DNA from: Oikopleura dioica
Taxonomy: Eukaryota; Animalia; Chordata
Assembly (NCBI GenBank): GCA_907165135.1
Contig: OU015569.1
Span: 11,842,001 to 11,906,000, forward strand
Direction: 5' to 3'
DNA: 64,000 nt
In this document: positions 31,648-42,578 of the stretch, in pieces
Position numbering within the stretch: the first letter of the stretch is position 1
Layout: each line of letters begins with the position of its first letter
Translations under genes and position numbers: made by a program
Notes under the pieces: generated by a model
Told to the model about the DNA's origin: nothing
The model's database searches: none
Seen by the model: only the letters and a program-made list of their open reading frames with translations

Positions 31648-31897
31648 TGATTCTAGCAATATTATTACTGACCTTGAGAGATTCTCTCACTTGGCAATTT
31701 CAATCCTGCGTAAATATTAATGCTAAAGAATAAGATAAATCTTACAGTTGTCCTTTTATCGCGAAATCGGAAAAGAAAAAACTTGCTCGATTCCTTAACT
31801 TACAAAAGGGTTTTTTTTTGAGGTTACTTCTTCTTCTTTCTCAGTCTATCTTTGAAGATCTTGCCTGCTTTGTGCTTCGATATTTTCTTCAGTTCGG

Positions 31898-32019
31898 TTT
31901 CCTCGCTTCCCAGGACGAGAGCTAATCATCGCCAAGCGAGACTCATGTGACTTGTCGGGATTCGAACCCGGGACCTTTTTCGGCGAAAGAGAAGAACTTG
32001 CCGACTTGGCCATCCGGGC
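31898..32019 (-). mobile_element. tRNA-headed SINE-like element, copy 3 (divergent head)
   Basis: Reverse complement GCCCGGATGGCCAAGTCGG...GGTCCCGGGTTCGAATCCCG followed by the shared core. Confidence 0.65.
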
Positions 32020-32392
32020 CGAGGGCGTGGTCAAGAAACTGGTTTGTTATTACTATTCCTCTAGAGATTTTAGAGGTGTAACGAAGTGAGAAGAAAATTT
32101 GAGACTATTTTGACCAACATTTTGGTCAAATTTTGGACCAATCAGATGACGCATTCGACCTGTAAGAATCCTGACTCAGGAAAAGATCAGTCAGTATTTC
32201 AGTATTCGGCCTATAGAAGATGAAAGAGAGTAAGAGAAAAGAAGGTTGTTTTTTTATCAAGCTGTATTTTTCTGTGCAAAGTTCTACGAATAGTTAGATA
32301 GGCAATATTCAACGCATAAAATAAGGACACTTCATGTGCTACTGTAATTAGACTTTGTAGAGCGGCGTCAGTTCGGCAGGGTCGCTTGCTTT

Positions 32393-34590
32393 TTAGTCGT
32401 CGCAGTTCAGGTTTTGATGCTTCTGAAAGAAATTTATTCTCTAATCAAAATTCGATATCATTTTTTGAAAATTACTTTTAGTTGATGCTTTCTGGAGAAA
32501 ACTTTCTTGCAGTGGTCGCAAGTGAATTCCTCCGCCTTGCGCTGATTCTCTCTCGGATGAATTTTGCTGACGTGATTTTCCAGAGCCGATTCCTTGTTCG
32601 TCCAAAACAGACACAGGTGGCAGTAGTACTTGCGGACCTTGTGCGAGATCTCCCGGTGGATTTGCAGTTCCTTGTCGCTTTCGAATCGCAGCGAGCAGAG
32701 CACGCAAACTTGGTGCACGCGGCGGAGGTGCGCGTCCAGCAGCCGCTTCGTTTTATAGCTTTTCGCGCAGTGCTCGCATGGGAAAGGACGCTCGCCCAGT
32801 TCGACTTCGCTGAGTTTCGGAACTTTCGCGAATTTGTGATTTTCAAGGCTTGAATTTGTCGAAATTCGAATGTCCTCGAGGATCTCGCTCGAAACTAAAT
32901 TGCATTCGAGCATTCCCAAATTGCTCGAATTCGAATTCGAGTTCGAATTTTCGAGTCTCGAATTCGAAGTCGAGCTTTGGACTGAAAGATTTTGATTCTT
33001 CCTTGATTTCAGCTTTTTTGGCTTTGACGATTTTCGATTTTGCGAGTTTCTCGACTTTTGGTTCGTCGATTTTTTTGACGGAGAGGCACTTTTTTCGGGA
33101 GGAGGCAGTGAGACGGGAAGAGGGATGAACTCGGACTCGGGCTCGATTTTGATGAAATCGGCGAGGTTCAAATGGGCGATGTTGGAATGATCAGGGTCGA
33201 GTTCTTGCTCGTGGCAGTTGGCGATCTCGTGGGAAGGGTCGTCTAGCGGCGCGGGCTCGAGTTCTAGCTTTCATTCGAAAAACATATTCGGGATTTTTAA
33301 ATTTTGGAAAAGTAAGTTCTAAGCCTGGAATATTCAGAGTCTCTTGATTATTCAAATTTCCTGGAATCTCCATCGAGTCGAGCTCTGTCGCATCTCGTTC
33401 ATCATCCGTGCAAGTGTTCAACCCTTCATCATTTCTCGGCGATTTGTGGCCGAGTTGATCTTCGTCGACGGCGGTTTCGATCGTCTCAATCACCGGAAGG
33501 TCGAAATCGGTGGCGCTGCTGGCAGTTCGCGACTCATCCTCGTGCAAAATGTCGAAATCAGCGTCGTTTTCTCCGCTCAAGTTGTTTCGTTCGAATTTCG
33601 CCAAAAGAAACAGAAAAACTTCGAGCGTCAATTCAACGATCGTCTGTGTCTGCGGCTCACCGATTCCGTTCGAGGCTGCAAAAAGGCTAGAATAGAATAA
33701 AAATGAGTTTAGTTTCCAAATTGCTTTCTTACCGAAGGTCTTCTTCAGAGTTCAATAAATTGGCGATGAGATCTTTTGGCGTGAAATTTCGAGTTTCAGA
33801 ACTAAAGTGAAAATTAAGGACTTCATGAAGGTTGTTTGTAACCCTAACCCCAGGGCCTGGGCTCGGCAACCTGTGCAAAAAACCTGAGTCAGGATTCGAA
33901 AAAAGAAGCCGCAGATCGGCTTCGCCACAATATCTCTCAGTTTTTTTCAATTAAGGTTTTTCATATCCTGACTCAGGTTTTCTATAAAGGTTGTCAAGCT
34001 CAGCCCTAACTTCTTATGTTTTCAAGTAGAATTTATCTTTAGACGTTTAGTCCGAAAAATTGTCAAAAGAAAGATAAGGGTTTTAACTTCAATTTGATGC
34101 GATTAAATAAGGGTGTCATAACGTTAAATTTAGGGAAAAAAAGTGCACGTAAAACTCAATTTTCAAGCGCCTTCTTTCCCTAAATTTAACGTCATGACAC
34201 CCTTATTTTATTGCATTAAATTGAAGTCCAAACCCTTATCTTTTTTTCGAATAAAAAAAAATGTTAATTTACCTGCATAAAAAAGTCGCTCTGTGAACAT
34301 TACAATTGTCGTAGTAAGTGACTTCGTCGCCAATCTAGAATAAAGTGAAGCTGATAAGTGAAGTTCGGACAGCTTGTTTACCGGGCGGTGTGCCAACTTT
34401 TACGCTGCGTATGATTCAAACCCGAAAAACAAAGAGAAGAAGAGTACCTCTGGAATTCTGCCCTGAGAAAGCGCGAAAATGGAGTCAAAGACAATTCTTC
34501 TTCTGATTTTCGCAAAGTGGGAGATTTCGCCAACCCGCTCTTCTACGCAGACCCACATTGGAAAATTCTCCACGCTCTGCTGATTTTTTC
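32393..34590 (-). CDS. C2H2 zinc-finger protein ZF1 (4 fingers; multi-exon N-terminal region; true start unresolved)
   Basis: CEHC...H..VH, CVLC...H...H, CHLC...H...H, CDHC...KH|QNLNC; upstream exons IGDEVTYY, LHEVLNF...TPKDL, LFAASNG join in phase. Confidence 0.75.
33851..34008. mobile_element. MITE with about 40-bp TIRs containing CCTGAGTCAGG (intron of ZF1)
   Basis: cagggcctgggctcggcaacctgtgcaaaaaacctgagtcaggat ... atcctgactcaggttttctataaaggttgtcaagctcagcccta; related copies near 8607, 10355, 28337, 40517, 41464, 44817, 45405, 49846. Confidence 0.8.
34106..34207. mobile_element. Foldback MITE with about 33-bp TIRs
   Basis: aataagggtgtcataacgttaaatttagggaaa / tttccctaaatttaacgtcatgacacccttatt (one mismatch). 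Confidence 0.85.
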
Positions 34591-34842
34591 TCTTTTTTGG
34601 AGTGTTTTTGGAGCGCTCCGCGGCGAGTTCTGGATTTTTACGAAAATGAAAATTGAACTTTTAAATTTAAAATTTCGATTTTATTTTTCAGATTTTGAAG
34701 GCAAAAACCGGGGCGATCCTTTTTTTCACCAGCGACACACTACGACTAGCGTAGGTTATTATCGCTTCTGGCGCGGACTCACGCTCAAGTCTACCAGGTT
34801 AAACGTTCTAACGGAAGCAGAATATTCTGAAAGCTTTTCCCG

Positions 34843-35172
34843 AAGAATTATCATAGTGACACCCTTATTTGATTTTACCAAAATTAAGTTTTAAACTTTT
34901 TCAAATTTCTATCAAAGTCGACATAATTTATCATGGCGACACCCTTAATAAAAAAAAATTTCATTTGATCAAATTTAAGCCAGTTACAGTAGGAGCTTTT
35001 ATTCAGTCACTCCTTCTGTAACCGACTTGCTCAAATTTGACCATACGAACTTGTTTTTATTAAGGGTGTCGCTATGATAAAAATATACCGACTTTAGCTT
35101 TGATAGAAGTTTTAGAAAGTTTAAAACTTAATTTTGGTGAAATAAAATAAGGGTGTCACTATGATAATTCTT
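34843..35172. mobile_element. 330-bp foldback element (about 160-bp arms, two GACACCCTTA motifs per arm)
   Basis: aagaattatcatagtgacacccttatt...ccagttacagtaggag mirrored by ctccttctgtaaccg...aataagggtgtcactatgataattctt. Confidence 0.85.
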
Positions 35173-35299
35173 AAAGAAACGCCCATTTAAAAAAGGGCTA
35201 CCTTGTTGTAAAATAAATTTATTAAAAAGGTTTTCTTTTTTTAGTTTTTTGCTTTATTCAGGCTAGATAAAATAAGGGTGTCACTATGATAACTCTGAA

Positions 35300-36290
35300 T
35301 TCAGCTGAGTTGATTGAGCTGCAGATCGAGCTCCGCTTGCTCGAGTTCTTCTTCAATCATCATGTTCCGGCGATTATCCTGCGAGTCGTTTGCTAACGCG
35401 ATCATTTCAAAATCCTAAACGTGAATTTCAAAAATTGCAAAAGAGAAAAAGTCTCCACCGCGGATATTTGGCTCAATGTCGCACTCGGCCTCTGGGTCGG
35501 ATAAGCAGAAGCAGTTGCTGATTCCATCCAAGCAAAAGAACCCTCGTCCTCTAAAATATTCGAAGAAAAAGAGCTTTTTCTCATTTTAGATCGTGATACC
35601 CTTATTTATTTTTTTTATTTCGGCAATTATTTAAACTTTGGTCATTTTGACAACTTTGACTAAAATTTTTATTAAAATTATTTTATTATTAAAATTATTT
35701 TGACAAAAATTTCAGTCAAAGTTGTCAAAATGACCAAAATTAAAATAATTGCTGAAATTTAATTTCATAAAAAAATAAATAAGGGTATCAAAATCGAAAT
35801 TCGAAATTAGAAATTCTGACCTTCTGACGAGTCAGATAAGGATTTGAGTTTTTTTTTCGGTAAAATAATTAAGGGTGTCTCTTTATTATTCTTTTGGAAA
35901 GAAAGGTCTGAAGAAAAAGGGCGATTTTGATGGTTTTTTCGCCCTTTTTCTTCAGACTTTTCTTTCCAAAAGAAATTTAAAGAGACACCCTTACTTTATT
36001 CTACCAAAAGGCCATGTTTACCTATGATGACGACGGTGGGAGTGACTTTGACTTTTTCCGTTTTGCCGTTGTTTTTGGTGAATTTGGAGATTTGTTCTTG
36101 AATGTTGAGTTTGGGCTGGAGCTCTCGTGTTCTCTGAGCGAGGCAGTTGCCCATTTGAGCGGTGCACGATCGTCGCTGGTGTTCGTTTGATTTAGCAAAT
36201 TCGCGTTTTATTCTTTCCAATGGGTTGAATAATTGACCGCGATCGAAACGCCCTGTTCGAAATGTGCAGCTGACATTTAGCCGCTATGTT
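35300..36290 (-). CDS. Possible multi-exon gene of unknown function interleaved with foldback elements
   Basis: Coding-like stretches (NPLERIKREFAKSNEHQRRSC...; MMIEEELEQAELDLQL) with a GT donor near 36024; phases could not be reconciled. Confidence 0.3.
35595..35789. mobile_element. Foldback element with GATACCCTTAT/ATAAGGGTATC ends
   Basis: Inner arms ttggtcattttgacaactttgact / agtcaaagttgtcaaaatgaccaa. Confidence 0.8.
35870..35993. mobile_element. 124-bp near-perfect foldback with TAAGGGTGTC ends
   Basis: taagggtgtctcttta...gaagaaaaagggcga / tcgccctttttcttc...taaagagacaccctta. Confidence 0.85.
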
Positions 36291-36578
36291 TGTGTCCTTG
36301 CAAATTATATATTTCTCGCTTTCTTTTGCTCTCTCCGTCTCCGCGAAAAATGGAATGAACTCTTCTTGGAAAGACTTTTTGAAAGGGCGGATTTATGGCT
36401 TTGTCGATTTCGAGCAATTCCGATTTGAGGCGCAAATCGAGCGGAGAAATAAAGAAAAAATAGACTGGTGAACTCTCAATTCAACCGGAATTAATAAAAG
36501 GGATGAAATATAAAAAAGCGACACATTTGAATGATGACGTACGAAATTTTTGGTATTGTAGCCGAACGCCTCTGGTTT

Positions 36579-36852
36579 GGTCAGTATTAAAAATGTCACG
36601 ATTTTGCTAAAGATGTCACGAATGAAATTGTGTCTCTGTTTTCGTGATGTTTTCAGCAAAATCGTGACATTCGTGACATTTTCAGTACGAACCTCTGGTT
36701 TCTAACTCAACTGGTCAGTACTGAAAATGTCACGATTGTCACGATTTTGCTGAAGATGTCACGAAAACAGAAACACAATTTTTCGTGACATTTTCAGCAA
36801 AATCGTGAAATTCGTGACTTTCGTGACATTCGTGACATCTTCAGCCCTGACC
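36579..36852. repeat. Double palindromic array built from TGTCACGA/TCGTGACA units
   Basis: About a dozen gtcacg/cgtgac-type units in two palindromic modules whose central spacers are reverse complements of each other. Confidence 0.8.
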
Positions 36853-37094
36853 GAGTTCACCTCTACAATGAAAACCCATTTTTTCTACCAAAATTATATT
36901 TTTTTTAAATCTGCGATGAATCGAAAATAAAATAAAGAATGAAAAAAGAAGTTCGTTGTTTGAATGTTTATTTTAAATTTTACAGTTCTACTTTTATATC
37001 TACAGAAACATAAAGAGCAATTTACAGATGACTAGAAAACATTTTTGTACAGAGCAATTGTGACATTCAGTTTTACACTGCTAGAAATTGAGAA

Positions 37095-37479
37095 TTATTC
37101 GTTTTCCGAATCTGTCGAAAAAACATCAATATCGTTGATTCCGCTATCCTCGTCACTTTCCATCTCGATCTCGATGAAGTGATTCTCTTCCGCCTCTATG
37201 TCGCTGAGAGCATCTCCTTCGCTGTACAAAGAAGCTTCATCTTCGTCCAAAAGGGCGTTGTTCAAAATGTCATGCGATCGGTCGAGGAAAGCAACAATCT
37301 CTTCTTGCCGAGCATCCAGTTCTTCCTGCATTATTGCGTTTTCGAAGCTAGAATCACTGTAAAAACGACTCTTTTTCGAATATTTCTTACCGTAAAGCAT
37401 CAACTTGCATTTGGAGAAGATTGACTTTGGCCGTCAATTGCGCCACGAGCTCATTTTCAGCGAGATTTTGAACGCTCAT
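37095..37479 (-). CDS. 116-aa protein, N-terminal coiled coil plus acidic tail (exons 37479-37391, 37356-37095)
   Basis: MSVQNLAENELVAQLTAKVNLLQMQVDALR|DSSFENAIMQEELDARQEE...SENE*; 34-nt GT-AG intron in phase. Confidence 0.65.
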
Positions 37480-38007
37480 TTTTTCAAATTTCAAAAATCC
37501 TTTTCTCTCTTTTTTTCGTAAAACTAAAGTGCCAGGCGAGCAAGAATCTCCGCGGAGTTATCGCTTATCATTTTCGCCATCATCGTCCAATTTTTTTCAG
37601 TTGAGCTCCACTTTGAGATGGTAAACCTCGATTTTCTCGGCCAAATTCTGGGAGATTCCTACAGACAGGACAAATCATCAATCAGTCAACTTCAGAAGCC
37701 ATCAATCAAAATTTCAAACGAAACAACTGTCATTTTTAGGGTAGCTCACGCACGATTTCACCACCTTTTTTCTCCTGCCGCGCAAGTTTTTTCCCCTTGA
37801 TTTTTTGCCACGTGAGAATTTCTCATCCCTGCTGAGATTCCCTGCAAGAAAAGCTGGCTTGAGATATAGGTAGGCTTTCGTGAAGATTATTTGAATTTTA
37901 TTCAAAGAAGAGGCAGAAATGGTTGTTGTTTCAGTGTCTTTTTGTTTTCAGTTGTGTTTATATACAAAAATGGGGATGAAAAAAGGGCTGGTTTTTGAAG
38001 AGCTCGC

Positions 38008-38606
38008 TTATTTGTTCATATTTTTGGCGTTCCTTCGAAGCCGATCCATCTGTTTCGCGCGAAACTGCTGCTTGGTGACTGCTTTCTTTCGCTTTTTAGG
38101 GGGACTTCCAGGGGGCGGAACGCAGCTTGTGTCCAACTGACGACGGGGAGAACGATCTTCCTTTGCTCTGGACGTGCTGGGCAGTTCTTCGGAGTGCGCT
38201 TTCTCCCTTTTCAGAATTGAAGCGGGAGAGTCGCGCTCTGGGAGAGAGGTAGTACGTCGGGCTCCTCTGATGGGCTGCGGTTCGAAGAATATTTTCATCT
38301 CCGGGTCGGAGATTTTTTTCTTTTGCGACTCAAAAGAACCCTTTGGAACGTTCCTATCTCCTCTGTATCGCGAAGGTCTGCTTGTCCCTTGCCCTATAAA
38401 AAATGCTTGAAATCAAGGAAGAGAAGTTTTTAATTACCTGTGTTTTTCGCCAAATGCGCTGAGCGATTTTCCACTCGCTCTTTCTTGCAGGTTGTGACAT
38501 TGACCGCGTCTGGATTCGTTTCATTCAGGAGTCGATTCCCCTTTGGTTGGTATTCTTGCACTTCTCGGTTCGGTAGGGCACAATCCGCACTTGTTTTTGG
38601 CCGCAT
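38008..38606 (-). CDS. Small basic orphan protein, tandem paralog A (exons 38606-38438, 38393-38008)
   Basis: MRPKTSADCALPNREVQEYQPKGNRLLNE...KNTG|QGTS...SPPKKRKK...NMNK*; acceptor TTTTAAG just before the ATG. Confidence 0.75.
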
Positions 38607-39502
38607 TCGTATGTCTCTTAAAAATAAAGGCTTTGAATTTTTTTATTGCTGAAAATAGCAAAATGAGCCGGCAAAGATCCCTCCCTTCAAAAAAGGCTTG
38701 AAAGGGCTGAAGATGGCACTAGAGAGGGTGAGCACTCGCGCGCCAAGGTTGCTCGCTCAAGTTTGCTTGTTTTTGAAAAACAGGTCGTCTTCAAATTTGC
38801 GGTTTTGAGTTAGCACCCTTGCGCCATAAAAAACGAACTTACTCCATTTTTGAACTTCGATGAATGTTCCTTCGAGGAAGGAAGGCTTGGAAGTTGACTC
38901 AGTCTAAAAATCAAAGTTTTCTCTCTCTGAAATTTAATTATTTCACTGGCTTATAAATGGATTCGATAAATTTCGCCACTCGTGGATGGTAGCTGAACTG
39001 CTGTTAGCTGAGCGTTCGCGGCCGTGAAAGAGATTCCGCGGCGGTGAAATGAGGCCCTGCGAATCGTGCCCCGGGAAGACCGATTGATGTCAAGGAAGAC
39101 TGCTCAAACCGCGCCAAAAATACACGGCTGAAGACTCATTTTTCGCCTTCCAAACAGAATAAATGATCAATCAAAATTTCACAATTGGAATTGCGAATTG
39201 CGATTTTTACGAAAAAAAAGAGCCATCAATCAAAATTCCTAAAATGACATCTGTCGCTTATATTTCACGCCCGATTTCATCACCTCTTCGTTTCCTGCCG
39301 CTTTTTCATCCCTGCAAGAAAAAAAAAACTGGCGCGAAATAAAATTTCGTGAAGATTATTTGAATTTTATTCAAAATAATAAAAAATCTGTGTAAGGCAA
39401 AAGGCAAAAAAAAGCTGTTTTTCAGGTTGTTTTTGTTTCAATTGGTGATTATATACAAATAAAAAAGAGGATGAAAGAAGTGCTCTATTTGAAGAGAATT
39501 GC

Positions 39503-40114
39503 TCATTTGTTCATCTTTTTGACGTTTTTCTTTGCGTTTTCGATCATCTTGATTCTTGAGTTTTGCTTTGATAGTGGCTTCTTCCGCTTTTGAGGAGGTG
39601 GAACAGCGCTCGTATCCAACGAATTTCTTCGTGGAGAAGTGATTTCTGGCTCTTTGGCAGGTCTTGATGTGCTTTGCGGTTCTTCCGACTGGGTTTTCTT
39701 TCTTTTCAGAGAGACGGGAGCGGCGCGCTCTGGACTCATCAAGGAGGAGGTTCGACCTCCTCGAGGGGGCAGTGGCTGGCAGTAGGCTTGTATGTTCGGG
39801 TCAATGTCAGTCATTCGATTCATCTGAGAGTCGAAAGAACCTCTTGGCGTGTTTCTATCTCCCCTGTACCGCTGATCCTTGCTCGTTCCTTGCCCTAAAA
39901 AGCAAAGTCTTGCAATCAAGGAAGAGAGAACTCGAAAACTACCTGTGTTTTTCTTGAGATGCGCTGCAGCCCGATTTCCCACCCGTTCCTTCCTGTAGGT
40001 CGATACATTGTAAGCTGCTTTGTTCACTTCATTCAGCATTCTGTTCCCTTTTGGGCGATATTCTTGAACTTCGCGCGTCGGGATTTCCCAGTCCGCGCTC
40101 ACTTTTGGCTTCAT
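39503..40114 (-). CDS. Small basic orphan protein, tandem paralog B (exons 40114-39943, 39894-39503)
   Basis: MKPKVSADWEIPTREVQEYRPKGNRMLNE...KNTG|QGTS...PPQKRKK...KMNK*; same intron position as paralog A. Confidence 0.78.
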   Translation of the reverse strand: MKPKVSADWEIPTREVQEYRPKGNRMLNEVNKAAYNVSTYRKERVGNRAAAHLKKNTGSFRVLSSLIARLCFLGQGTSKDQRYRGDRNTPRGSFDSQMNRMTDIDPNIQAYCQPLPPRGGRTSSLMSPERAAPVSLKRKKTQSEEPQSTSRPAKEPEITSPRRNSLDTSAVPPPQKRKKPLSKQNSRIKMIENAKKNVKKMNK

Positions 40115-40516
40115 TCGTAAATCTCTTAAAAAAAGTCTTTGAAATTTCTTTTTTATTACTAAAGCAAAATGCGACGAAAGCGCGTCTATGATCCCCATCT
40201 TCAAAAAAAGGGCTGAAGATGGCGCTAGAGAGCGAGTGAGCACGCGCGCTTTTTGCTTATTTTTCTTTCAAAAACAGGTCATTTTCATAAGCCACTGTCT
40301 GTTTTGAGTTAGCACCTCGGCGCAATAAGAAAGCGAACTTACTCCATTTTTCGATGAAAACTTTCGTCGTCGTGGACAGGGTTGGCCACAGATTTGAAAA
40401 GTTGAGTTGACTCAGCCCTCTTTTCAACTCTAAAAAGGTCAAATTTAAGGTCTTCTCTTTTTCAGAAATTCGCCTAAAAAGGCAAATTCTATCACTCAGG
40501 AATATCAATTTCTCTG

Positions 40517-40716
40517 CTGGTCTCAAAAACCTGTGTGAAAAACCTGAGTCAGGTCTCTGATCGAGCTGAAGTAAAAGCCGCGTAGCGGCTTTTTTTTTTG
40601 GAAAACAAAGCCGCGAAGCGACTTAGCCGGAATTCCAGGAATAAAAATTAATCGATAACTTTTTTTTATAATTTCTGTCCCTGAGTCAGGTCGTTTACAC
40701 AGGTTTCTGAGCCCAG
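40517..40716. mobile_element. CCTGAGTCAGG-family MITE with internal AAGCCGC/GCGGCTT hairpins
   Basis: ctggtctcaaaaacctgtgtgaaaaacctgagtcagg ... cctgagtcaggtcgtttacacaggtttctgagcccag. Confidence 0.75.
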
Positions 40717-41463
40717 TGTTTACGAATTAAATACACAAGCAGAATTATTCCCTCGAAGTTAATAAATCGCCTCCGTCAAACTTTATTAACCTAAAATTGA
40801 TTTCTCACGAGCTGCTTCTGTAAATAGAAAAAAAAACGATTGCGACTGTCACACTAGCTACTGAATAAAAACTCGGTCTTGAAATTATTTTCACGAAAAA
40901 TAAAGCACTTCTGAATAGCAGGAGCCTCTCAAATTCTCTGCTGGAGATCAAAAGAAAAAACGAAAATGCGGCTTTAAAAATAGTAAACTTGAACTTTTGA
41001 CATTATAAATTTGCGTTAAAAACCCGGCAGGAAGCGCTAATTAGCGAAGAAAGGGAAAAGGAATGGCCGGTTCAGCCAATAGAAGCGACGAAATCCACCC
41101 TTTTCCCTTTTTTCAATAAATTAAGCAAACACTAGAATTCGTAATTCTAGAAATTTTCTCTGAGAAAAAAATTTTTAACAAACTTGTTTTTAAATTAGCC
41201 AATCAGATTCAGATTCAAACCTGTTGGAGCGAAGTCCAATTTTCTTTTGAATTTCTATTCTCTTCATAAAAAAGGGTTGAAAAAGTTTCCTGTGGGTTTG
41301 AAAAAAATGACTGTAATGATTGTGGCTGCCTCGCCCCGCGCGTTTTAGATCAAAAAGGGAAAAGAAAAAGGGATGAATCATTCCAAAGAGGGAAAAGGGA
41401 TGAGCCGAGAAAAGGGGAGGGCGCCAAGGTTCAATAAAAACGAATTATTTTCGCCCCTTTTTT

Positions 41464-41651
41464 CTACCTGAGTCAGGCTCTGAAGTAGCTAAAGTGAAAA
41501 GCCGCGTAGCGGCTTATTTAGAAACGAAGCCGCAAAGCGGCTTCGCAAATAAACCATATAAATATTCTTTTTAAAAAAGCCGCTACGCGTCTTTCCATTT
41601 ATGCTCTTCCAGATCCTGACTCAGATTTTCTACTTAGGTTGCTGACCCCAG
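41464..41651. mobile_element. CCTGAGTCAGG-family MITE, 5'-truncated
   Basis: cctgagtcaggctctgaag...aagccgcgtagcggctt...cctgactcagattttctacttaggtttgctgaccccag. Confidence 0.7.
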
Positions 41652-42578
41652 CCGTTGCTACCGTTGCTGCTGCTGCTGATGTAGTTGTTGTTGCTGCGTA
41701 ACTCGATGCTGAGTTGTTGGTTGTTGTAGTAGTAAAAAGACTGTTGATGGTTTTTTTGATGGTTTAGTGATGGAGAGATATTGTAACAGGTCTGTTTATA
41801 TAGTCGGTAAATGCTAGGGGTATGGAGAAGATGTCGCGGTTGAGTGACTCGTTGCTGCCATCGTCGTGAGTCATTGTTTGAGAATCTGGCAGGTGCGTTG
41901 GCGCTGGAGAGCGCGATGAGTCATCTTTTGGAATCATCTTGATCCAACACTTATGACTCATAAGTTATGAGGATATCAGCGCCACTTTAAAGCGGTGGGC
42001 GGAAGTGATAAGGGTAATAATGAGGATTTCTATCGGCGCTTCCCAAGGCAATGGATGAGCCAAACAAAATATCGATTGAGAATCTTGCAACTGGTGGGTT
42101 CAGATGAATACTTTTTTCATTTCTCACATTCGAAAGTAAAGAGAACAGAAATTTGTTCTTGTAATTTATTCATTTTCAAATAGCAGAATTGTCCCACAGA
42201 AGTGAACCATTCAATTGAAGATTTAACCTTTTCGAGATCAAAGAACGCCGCGTTTTTACGCAGCTGAAGTACCATTTTTTTCCAAGGCAAATTTTAAAGG
42301 TCGAAAATCTCAAGTCCCGCGCCACTCTTCCTTGATTCCAAAACCGACGAAATCAACTTCTTCCTCGGCCGATTGTTTATTTCTTCATCACAGTAATTGG
42401 TCTGATTCTAATCCCTTGTTTGAACTGATGGAGTTGAAAGTTTGCGATTTGAATAATTCAAATTCAAATTTGAAAATCGTGGTGTTGTTATTTACCAATT
42501 TGGAATGGAGAAAATCTGACCTCGTCAATAAAAGAACCAACACTCGGCAAAAGAAGAAAAAACTAGAACGAGAGTAAA

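Noticed and set aside
36579-36852. CRISPR-like repeat array
   Set aside because: Eukaryotic context, no constant repeat-spacer period, no cas genes
41655-42330. Possible minus-strand gene with a polyQ/N tract and an FSIDIL eh1-like motif
   Set aside because: No consistent exon chain could be built; the motif lacks a residue of FxIxxIL; the tract may be a simple trinucleotide repeat
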